Part shown: positions 54,608 to 64,000 of the stretch, piece by piece | Layout: each line of letters starts with the position of its first letter | How positions within the stretch are numbered: the stretch's first letter is position 1 | Source of the DNA: Oopsacas minuta | Lineage: Eukaryota > Animalia > Porifera | NCBI GenBank assembly: GCA_024704765.1 | Contig: JAKMXF010000344.1 | Span: 139,276 to 203,275 of the forward strand | Length of the DNA: 64,000 nucleotides | Reading direction: 5' to 3' | Position numbers and translations under genes: made by a program | The notes under the pieces: model-generated | What the model saw: only the letters and a program-made list of their open reading frames with translations | Databases searched by the model: none | What the model was told of the DNA's origin: nothing

Positions 54608-56485
54608 TAGTACAAGTTCGAATTAGAAAAGTTAAAATATATATAAATACATTAGAGCTGAAATTTGGATCCATAAATTGTCTATTTTGAAATGTCTATA
54701 GGGTAAACTTTGAAAGGATTATAATAAAAATATAACAGTAATGATATTAATCCAAAACATTTCCTAAGGTTCATGAGTATGCTGATTTCGAATATTCACA
54801 TTACAAAGAAATTTAAATTCATGTAAGTTTATCCTATTCCAACATATCGTGACACCACATTTGATGCCCTGTTGAAAGAATGTCGGAAATTTCGCTGCAT
54901 AAAATTTGTCGCATGGAAATTCGTCCTTACTCCAAATTAATTAATAACATTAATGTGATGTGAAATACGCATGAGCAATAAATTTAATAATAATCTGAGT
55001 TAGAAGTGAAAATTATACGTTTCCCCTCAAATAGCTAAAAATTTCACGATTATTCATCACATCAACAGGGTTTCTCTAAACCTCATTGGCTAATGCTACA
55101 CTTTTTGAAAGTTTATATCATGAGTTAATGACCACACCCAGGTAACATATTTAGTTACGTTTGGTTAAATTGTCGAGCTTCAACCTGACCAAAAATCCAC
55201 ATAAAAATTCTCTTTGACCACAATGTGGTCAAGTTTGGTTATATGAACACAGATTAAAAATCCCTGGTCTACAATATGGATTAATCTTTGTTCTTTTTCT
55301 ATGGACCTTTTCGAACCTTTGAATTGTCAAAGGGGTAGCCTTGTATACGATAAATTTTGTATTAACAAGTACATATTTATATACGTATATTCGCGGATGT
55401 TTTAATTGGACAACCGAATCTCAGGTGTATCAACTATACAGAACAACACTATTGATTTTGAGGAAACATTTTCAGGTGCCAATAACTCAGCCCATAATTT
55501 CCCTTCAAAGAAGTTATTGGTCTGGTCTTGTCCAATAATATATTTATAAGTGTAAAGTATAGGGTCACACAATTAGAAATACAATAGGCAAAAAAATTTA
55601 CGGACATGCGCCATCTAAATCCGTGCTTTGAAGTGCCAGGAGTAAGGTATATTAGCCTCTAGATCTTGATACTGTACAGTTTGCTAGATGGAAGGGTCGT
55701 AGACAAATAAATTCAAAAGCGCAAAGCACGGCCGCCCGGACGGACGACTGACCTCGTAATATTCCATGCCATAAGGGCATCTCCTTATGCGAGCTGCAGT
55801 AACTAGCCAAATCCAAAAATAATTATAGAGACTAGCTCTCAACGGGTATAATAGGGTACATAACAAATTGCGAAATTTTTCAGTTGCAGAGCCCTAGTAT
55901 GGTGTTCAGATATAAAGGGGATTCCATTCTTGGCGAAAAAGGTGTGTGGATTATTTTGTATGAAATACATGGGTAACTTATTAACTGCAAAAGAATTTAG
56001 GCTAGCCCCAGACATAGCATTTCCCTGAAGGTGCGCCGGTGTTAGAAAAATGCTCCAAAACCTGTGAAATATATATATCCCTAACCACTAGAAGAGTTGC
56101 TTGTTGAAATTTACTCCACGTTTGACTCTTTAACGGAATAGGATAATTCCCATAATCTTTTATATTTCAAAATTGACGAAACAATGCTTACGAAAATAAT
56201 ACGCGCCCGATAGCTTATTTAGAGCAATACGTAATACATACAAATAAATTCGTTCCAATTGAATAGTTTACAGTTGCAAAATTTGTTATAACAATAAATA
56301 CAGTTCGGGGGCGGATTATCAAAAGTCAAAAACGTCCACACTTATAACTAATAAGCGTACTCAGCTGCATAAGAAAAAATTGCATTCTAGATATGCAAGA
56401 GATAGAGAAATCATCAAAATAGACATACAAATAAGTTCATTAGAAAATAAAAACTCGATAAGAGTCATTATAAGTAAGAGAGTAC

Positions 56486-57709
56486 CTAATGCTTACTCTT
56501 TTTGGCCACTCTTTTACCACCAATGCTTCCTGAACGGCCCGTATCAGTAACACTTATAACAAAATTTACATGATCTTCCTCAAAAGTTCGTTTTTCTTCA
56601 ATGTATTCAACTTGTTGAAGATCAAAATTTTGTTGCTGTAATTTTAAATCACTATCAAACTCATTCATATTTGTTTTCAAGTCATTGATGTAAATATTAT
56701 GTCGATTTAACAAATTCGAATATCTAACGCGATATTCGGCTTCCAATTCGTCTTCTTGAATACGAAGATCAGCGCTGCATTCTGTATTATCCATCGATCC
56801 ATATAATGGAGACAAATTACCGTCAAGTTTATGGGCTCGAAACCGTTCATAAAGCTTAGTATGTATTAAGTCTTTCAAATTTTGCATATGGTACCTTATT
56901 AATACATCTTTAAGTAAACTAAAATCGCAATGCTCTATATTGTTGATATCTATTATTCCCCAAGGATATTCACGTCCATGGATCAACTTTCCATCGACTT
57001 CAATAACACGGTTACTACCTACAACACCAAACGGTAACCTTTCAATGAATTTATTATTCAAAGAAATATCTTTATCATCTATAAGGGTACATTTATATGA
57101 AAAGTCATAAATTTTGATAGAATTAGCACGAATATCTTGCAATAAGAGTCGTTTATATCTTACAAGTTCATCGTATGAGAATGTATCAGCTTTAGCTATA
57201 ATTGGAATCAAATTTACTTTATCATGCAAGACCTTCATGAAAGTTATATCAAGATCCTTAAGACCTCTTCCATTAGGTGAAATAAAGTAAAGACAACAGT
57301 GTACCCTCCTATCCTCAAATAACGTACGATGAACCTTGGATTCATTTTCAAAATAATCTTCATACATATCATGTATATATGACAATATAGGTTCCCAACA
57401 ATTAGAATTATCAATACAATCAGCAAAGCCTGGTGTATCAACTAGATTCAGTGTAAGATTGATTTCATTTTCGACAATATGAACTCTAGTTGATTCAATG
57501 GTAGTGGTTTTAGGAATGTTCACCTCATTAATTTGAGGAAGTTCTGAATATATATCAGATAAAAATAGAGAGTTAATGAGAGTAGATTTACCAAGTCCAG
57601 AGGCCCCAACAACCATTAGAGTAAATTCGAAGCCATTGGATACAGACTTCTTGTAAACTTGACTGGGAAGATTACCGAATCCAACATAACCAGAAAGAAC
57701 TTTCTCCAT
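56486..57709 (-). CDS. SEPT7: septin, SEPT7-like, single exon, 407 aa
   Basis: YVGFGNLPSQVYKKSV polybasic region, G1 GASGLGKS, G3 DTPG, G4 AKAD, GREYPWG/EHCDF septin unique element, and a C-terminal coiled coil with EEKRTFEED. First ATG at 57709; no stops or introns. A SEPT2-group placement is not fully excluded. Confidence 0.93.
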   Translation of the reverse strand: MEKVLSGYVGFGNLPSQVYKKSVSNGFEFTLMVVGASGLGKSTLINSLFLSDIYSELPQINEVNIPKTTTIESTRVHIVENEINLTLNLVDTPGFADCIDNSNCWEPILSYIHDMYEDYFENESKVHRTLFEDRRVHCCLYFISPNGRGLKDLDITFMKVLHDKVNLIPIIAKADTFSYDELVRYKRLLLQDIRANSIKIYDFSYKCTLIDDKDISLNNKFIERLPFGVVGSNRVIEVDGKLIHGREYPWGIIDINNIEHCDFSLLKDVLIRYHMQNLKDLIHTKLYERFRAHKLDGNLSPLYGSMDNTECSADLRIQEDELEAEYRVRYSNLLNRHNIYINDLKTNMNEFDSDLKLQQQNFDLQQVEYIEEKRTFEEDHVNFVISVTDTGRSGSIGGKRVAKKSKH

Positions 57710-58994
57710 CAAAAGCAAAATACGTAATATAAGATCTAAAAAGACAACATTCGTCAATCATTACAACAAGCAAGTTTCGCATACTTGTGCTCGCGACTCG
57801 CAAACAATTTATGTCCTTGTTGGCACCCTTCAGGTGATCAAATATTTTATTGATTTATTAAATTGGCATATAGCATATGCATATCAACAATAAAACGATT
57901 CAAAACAGCTGTCCATAGAAAACATCTATATTATTAAGTATTAAGCCAACAACTTTCTTAGGCTCGGACAAGTTCGAGTCTTAGAGGAACATTTACACCT
58001 ATGACGAAATTATGAGGTCACTGTCACCTTTATGATTTTCAAAAATCACATTATTAACCACTGCTCAGTCAATATACATGATAGAAGTTGAATATTTGAA
58101 CCACAGGTACCCCTCAATGTGCTAAATATCCTGACTTGGTGATTTTTAGCTAAATCCAAACTCATTATGTAATTATTACATTATCATGAATGAACAAAAA
58201 ATGAAAAAATTTATAATACTCGAGGAAAGTGTTGCACAAATTAATTTCGAAAAGTTGTGTAGTAGCTCCAGTATTATCACAGAAAGCCATTAAATAGAAT
58301 TTCGAAGAGCCATAGATAAAAAATCAAAATTTCCACAAAATATTCACCTCAAGGCACGTAGTGCTGAGTATACCTAGTCGGGTAGCGACCAAAAGAATCA
58401 AGAAGTTTGGCAGTTTAATTCTTAAGCTAACCGGAGGTGCTAAGCTGTCATGCTGCACCTAGCAAGCGAAGCGGGTTAGTCAATCATTAATTCTAGTTTA
58501 TGAAATAAACTTTTGTGGAGGTGGTCAATAATTTACCTGTATTCACGTTTGCCTTTGTCCATTTCTTTGCATTACATCACTCAAAATCGCGGTTCCATGG
58601 CCGCTTTACTAGTAAACCCCAACGAATTAGGGCCTGAGTAATTGAAAAGAAAGACATGGAAATTGAATTGAAATAACATTGAAGTAGATAAAGTGAAGTA
58701 TAAATAAATAAAAGAATGTCTATTTTGTAAAAATGTAAATGAATCTCAAGGACATTATAATTAAACTTAGAAAGATTAGTGAAAATAGTAAGATTAGTAT
58801 CTGGGCATTAGAATGACGAATTTTGGATCAATGGAGAGATTGAAACTACTTCTATTAAGTCGAAAAGAGAAAGGCCAAATTGAGGTATGCTACATGCATA
58901 AACTCCGGGCACAAAGATATAAATAATAGAGAAGAAACTAACAAGGAGTGCAAATACATATTTGGGAAATGATCGCAGTGTGTATTAGTAGAAG

Positions 58995-59420
58995 GCATTC
59001 AACTAAATTCAAATAAATATAAATATTCTCGAAGTGGAAGGGTCTATGTAAACGCTCAAATAAAATCTTAAAACAAGTTCAAGAGCCACAACAAATGGAT
59101 GCAACAAAGATAACTAATCACTGAAAAGTGCATATTGTGGCAATAATCATAGAATATTATTCAATTCATTCAATCGAAATACAATAACTTGAAATATTCT
59201 CGAATTGTTTCTAAAGGGAAAAAAGTTCTATGTAGTTCCTAATATGAGGGATAAACATGTCTAAGAGTCACAACACTTGGATCTAACACATGGAGAAGCA
59301 CTTACTGAATAATGTAATTACTTATTGGTCATACGATATTATTCGAATCAATTCAATCGAAATAAAATATTTCAAAATATTCAAGAAGTGTTTCGAAAGC
59401 GAAAATGATCTATGCAATTG
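58995..59420. repeat. degenerate ~170-185-bp tandem repeat, about 2.5 copies
   Basis: Recurring blocks: ttcaatcgaaata (59169, 59352), aaatattctcgaa (59021, 59192), tctatg(t/c)a, aagag(c/t)cacaaca. Confidence 0.6.
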
Positions 59421-60589
59421 CATATTTGCAATTACAGAGAACTTTATTCCCCATTAAATACTTCGAGAAAATTTTTAATTATTGTATTTCGATTGAAAAG
59501 ATTCGATCAATATTGAATGATTATTGCCCCAATATATACATGAATTACTCAGGATTGCCTCTTCATATGTGTGCTATTAAATCTCTCTATTAACTAGAAA
59601 TATTCTTGACTTTGTTATAAATGGAAATGGCCTATGTAGCGCTTAAATATGAGGTATATACTCTATGTGTCTAATGGATAAGAAAAGTAATTCTATGTTA
59701 GGCGGGTGATGAGTTATTTCTCAAATTTTCAAATTTTCACATTATATTTTTTCTGAATAATTACATTCCAAATATCACCAATATGATATTTTGTTGATTC
59801 AACTTCTAAGTTGTACATTCTGAATAACACTACTAAGAATTTACAAATGCATATCTGGAGAATTTGAACGGAAAATGTCTACACTGGACATACGTGATAT
59901 AAGCCACAAACTACTGTTTTGAGTATTATTGAAGGTATCCAAATATAGAACATTTCCTTTATAGGTTATATCCTAGGATCTCGTCAAATGCATATACACA
60001 TTTCCTGAAATATTGCCCCTTAAATTTTGTGAAGATCTATAATTTGTTATTGTCAACTTTTGGGATCATCGAAAAATCATATTATTGGACAATACTCAGC
60101 CAATATACTTGTCACCTCCTGATGTCATGATATTTACCGAATGCAAACTCTTCGTGGAAGGATCACGTTATCCTTACTTTACAAAGATTGAATATTTTAC
60201 AGATTTCCATTAGTTAATTTCTGTTAGGTATAGTGTGAATAAGTAACTCAGGATCGAATATCATAATGATATAATTTTAGAAAGACTAGCAAGAAAGAAT
60301 CTCAAACAAAGGATAAATACTAGAAACTCAATAATTGATTCAATCTAAAATGAATATTTGCAAAAAACGATTTTCAAGACTTTGTAAAAATTATCTTCAA
60401 ACTATCCGGAAATAGATTCGGATTCATTGATTCGAAGTTTGCTAACAAAGAAGAATTGAGAAATGATGCCCTTGTTTACGATCATACAATTCCCAAGTCG
60501 TACGTTAAGTGTACGTACATAACCTATTACTCAAGGAAGGAATGAATCTCAACTATTTAGGTAAAAGCATAAGTTACGTAATATAAATA

Positions 60590-60610
60590 TGTGTGTGTGT
60601 GTGTGTGTGT
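60590..60610. repeat. (TG)10 microsatellite
   Basis: Direct reading. Confidence 0.95.
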
Positions 60611-61872
60611 TTATGCCTTATTACCTTGAATAGTAGCCCGCCATCGAATATTCGCATCCAACAAATCATCGCATCCTAAAGGGACTCTAAAAATTCATAA
60701 TTACGTACTACGTGTAATGGCATTCTGTATCTTGATTTATCTACCATCACTTAGAACAAAAAAATTACTACAAATAAATAAGTAAGGGCAAGAAATTAAC
60801 GTATTTGCAATAATCGTAGCTTCCCCTTCAAGGGGCCTTAAAACAATAACCACCTCTCCTATTATTCGAGGTAATATGGTGCTTATACTTACACCGATGT
60901 TTATACAATTCATGAATAATCACATTTTAATCATTATATATCTAAAGTAAATTCATTACTTTTCCATTAAGATATAGTCACCATATGCTTAGCACTCATG
61001 GAATTTCTAGTAAATCATCGAAAGAAAAGAAAATCATGATTGCAGTAGGAAAGAGTCCATACCATAGTGGCTCCATAACCTGAAATGGTATGAATATTTA
61101 ATGTTGCTATTACTGTAATCAGAATATTCGAAAACCTATTCAGATCAAATTTGAACTTCGTATTCTTTCGATCTGATATTCTGGTATATGGATATGTAAA
61201 GTGACGTCTTATTTTGACTTCCAATATTTTGTGGTTACTTCGTAAGGATATATCAATTTCTAACGCAGTATTTTGCATTCCATTTCTCCCAACAATTGTA
61301 TCTATTTTAGTACATGGATAGTCTCAATTTAAAATATATACAAAGATCTACACACTCTAAATTAAAGAGCAAATGATTATATTTTATACTGGAAAATGTG
61401 CTCGGCTTTGGGCCCCTTTAAAAATGGTGGAAAACTCATCGTGAGCACTATGTGGGTAGAAGATCTGAGCACTTTAATTCATCCAAAATTGAGTTGTCCT
61501 CAAAGGAAACCAATTTCTAGACTTCCAGAAACTCCCCGATAATGCTGGTGAATATTGTTAATTATAGCGGATACATAAATTTTAGTTTTTAATATTTTTC
61601 TGCATTGAAAGATAATAGATATTTATATGAATAACAAGGAGGCGTTTGATTTACTTAACTCCCACTCGTCTCTTAGAGAAGCAACAAATGTTTTCTTCGA
61701 AAACTATCAAATACCTGAAGCCGAGATCCACTCTATTCATCGTAAGTTCTCCTAACTTAAATCTGACCGAAATGTCTACAGCAAACGAAGTGATATACTC
61801 ACTTGGAAGACTTCTTTTTCACCCTCTTCACATTGCTAGTCCTCTGAAAAAACGCTCAGTTAAACAAACATA

Positions 61873-62760
61873 GTGTTTCAGTGTGAACAAAGCAAGAAAG
61901 GTAGAAAAGCATTGTCTGAATTAACAAAGAAGGGACTCAAACATAGATTAAGACCAATTTTGGATTTAATTTCATTTATAGCTCAGAACGAGGATGTTGA
62001 TCCCATTGAAATTGCAACCTACGTTCTAAAGCTTTATGGTGGCGAAGCAAGAAATCATGAAATGATTAACTTTTGTAAACAATTATCGAACATGGGACGT
62101 TCCGAAGTGCTGTTAAGCGGTTACCATTGGGCAAGTCATTGTTTTTGTTAGATTTCTTGAAAATCGGGAAACATAAGTACACAAAAAAATGCGAAAATTG
62201 CGTAAGCCAGAAAGCATAGTTTCCCCAAATAGTATAATTTCTGACTATCGTGCTAGAAATATACTCTCATCTGATATTCTCGAAATTCAAAATTCAGATG
62301 ATGTCTCTATTGGTATCAGAATTTTGTATAGATCCATCTTGAAACAAACTGTGTTAATGTTATTGGATATTGTTCCTCAACTACTTGAGAGTCAATATTC
62401 CTTAAGGGCATGGGGAGTAGGGAATATACTTTGAGATGGCGGAAATGATTTAACCATAATTTCAACGAGTTATTAGAGCTAAACCACTTGCAATCCATGG
62501 TTTGTGCGATAACTTAGAAACGTGCGAACCTTATCATGACAATTTTTGTATATTTTCACTTTTCTCCCTGGCCTGTTGAAATTCCCGAATGAACACAACA
62601 TATCTTTAGTAGGCTATGATCATTTACACGGTGGCAATCTAGTTCTGTTACATTCAAATTTGCGAATATCTCCGAAACTATTCAGTAGATATCGTCCAAA
62701 TATTTCTCTTGAATTTTTGCTATATAGTACCGAATCATTCTACAAAATATTATCCAATAT
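61873..62760 (+). pseudogene. RAG1-like / Transib-related transposase core remnant
   Basis: GRKALSELTKKGLKHRLRPILDLISFIAQNED...EARNH aligns by eye to the RAG1 NBD [23 protein letters not shown]...ARNEH. After frameshifts: LFLLDFLKIGKHKYTK/MRKLRKPESIVSP, then WG..DG and SPKLFSRYRP (weaker). The end coordinate is approximate. Confidence 0.68.
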
Positions 62761-62799
62761 AGCAACCCATGTTTTTAATTACAGAATGTATTCATGTCC

Positions 62800-63770
62800 T
62801 ACATTTTAGGACTTCGGCTTGCAGGTCTTCTTGTGGCATGTTATTCCATTCACTGGTTAATGCGTTCTGAAGCGACGCCAAATTTATGGGGCCTAGAACA
62901 AGCCCTCTTTTCTAAATTATCCCACACAGAATAATCCAGTGGATTGAGGTCCCGGCTGGAAGGTTGTCATTCCGTCTTTGACATAAACTTAATATTTTGC
63001 ACCTCAGCAAAGAATGGGTCGCATTCGAGGCATGCGTTAGAGCTGAATCCTGTTGGCATATCCATTCCTGATTTTTGCATAGGCGACGACCTGCATCTTT
63101 GTGTTACGGCTCGGTATTAGCTCCCTGTACGTTTCTGAGGTTATTTTACTCCTTTCGGGATAAAAATCAAATTTCTCCTCCAATTAGACGTCAAGCCTCC
63201 TCGAACCATAACAGATTGAGGTTTCTGGACTCGATCAACAAATTTAACCTCTACAGGGATGTTTTTAGTGGTAGTAGAGAAAATCCTATCTATTTGACGG
63301 TTCGTCTCTTCCTCTACAGTGAAGAGGTTTTCATCCAAGAAAACAACTTTTCTAAGTCTTGGAGTGCGAGCCGCCAGAGGAGCCCCTTGCATCTTTCGAG
63401 TCTCATTTTGACGAATTGATGGTGCCAGATGATGCATAATCGTTTTTGAGAGATTTAGTCCCAAGTCCTGATGTACGAGTGTCCTAAGCGGTTCACCGTT
63501 AATTCCAATTCCTTGGTCATTTTTCGCATTCAGCGTATGTGATTTTGCGAGGTTCGACTTCTCACTACCTTCCTGAGTCGGATAGATTTAGCTTTGGGTA
63601 TTCTGCCTGAACGAGCCTTGTCAGTTATCCCACTAGTCTCCTTACATCGTTTTATGGTTCGATACATCACAATTCTTTTCACTTTTTCATGTTTCAGCTT
63701 CTTCAAAATTTCATTTAGCGTATTACACGACAAATAATGAGTAATGACTTTGGACATTGCATCTACCATG
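62800..63770 (-). mobile_element. truncated maT-like (DD37D) transposase remnant
   Basis: Motifs RSGRIP, VVFLDENLFTVEEETNRQIDRI, KPQSVMV, PSSRDLNPLDYSVW. Truncated at about 62800; TIRs not found. Confidence 0.85.
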
Positions 63771-64000
63771 ATGTAAGAATTCTACTAGACGCTAAACAGT
63801 ATCATATGTTATTGTAATTCAACTATAACCAAGTAAAGTTAACGAAAAAAGACCAGTGATTAGGGTTGCGCTGTAAACATAGTAGTTAGCAACTCTACAA
63901 TCAAATTAACAGAATATAATTGTCACCCAATATTAATTCGCATTGTTTTTCTGTTTATTGCCTAGAATTGTTTCAGAAACTGGAAATTTGGCATGAAAAT

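Noticed and set aside
55570-55810. Helentron/HINE-like remnant (cggacggacgac plus a short hairpin); similar hints at 58340-58495 and 51170-51200
   Set aside because: Only short motifs; no definable ends or second copy in the window.
57710-57757. 16-residue N-terminal extension of the septin from a TTG start
   Set aside because: A non-ATG start in a eukaryote with no homology; the first ATG at 57709 gives a normal septin start.
61446-61875. CACTATG (61446) and CATAGTG (61869) as Transib/RSS heptamer ends
   Set aside because: No nonamer at 12 or 23 spacing, no TSD, and the pair does not enclose the RAG1-like coding region; 7-mers are expected by chance.

Overview
AT-rich eukaryotic (metazoan) genomic DNA; no prokaryotic operon, CRISPR array, rRNA or tRNA was seen. 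There are two host genes. (1) The 3' part of a novel-type protein kinase C (delta/theta-like) on +, as three phase-compatible exons (5763-6081, 13287-13845, 34450-34913) separated by 7.2-kb and 20.6-kb transposon-filled introns; its 5' exons lie left of the window. (2) An intronless SEPT7-like septin on - (57709-56486). Most other identifiable sequence is decayed cut-and-paste DNA transposons from many groups: mariner DD34D, maT DD37D, DD37E/Tc1, hAT, Chapaev/Chapaev3, MULE, an intron-containing integrase (Ginger/KRBA2-like) element and a RAG1-like remnant, plus MITEs. No retrotransposon was recognised. The most notable observations are: a RAG1/RAG1L-like nonamer-binding-domain remnant (KHRLR motif, 61873-62760); an integrase transposon whose C-terminal Cys motif is split by two back-to-back hAT elements inserted 2 bp apart (35386-43914); two diverged repeats resembling the 3' domain of U2 snRNA (52441-53021); and a 204-bp stop-free foreign fragment inside a Chapaev3 transposase. 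I see no evidence for an intact novel multi-gene system. All family assignments are by-eye motif matches to remembered sequences and need HMM confirmation.
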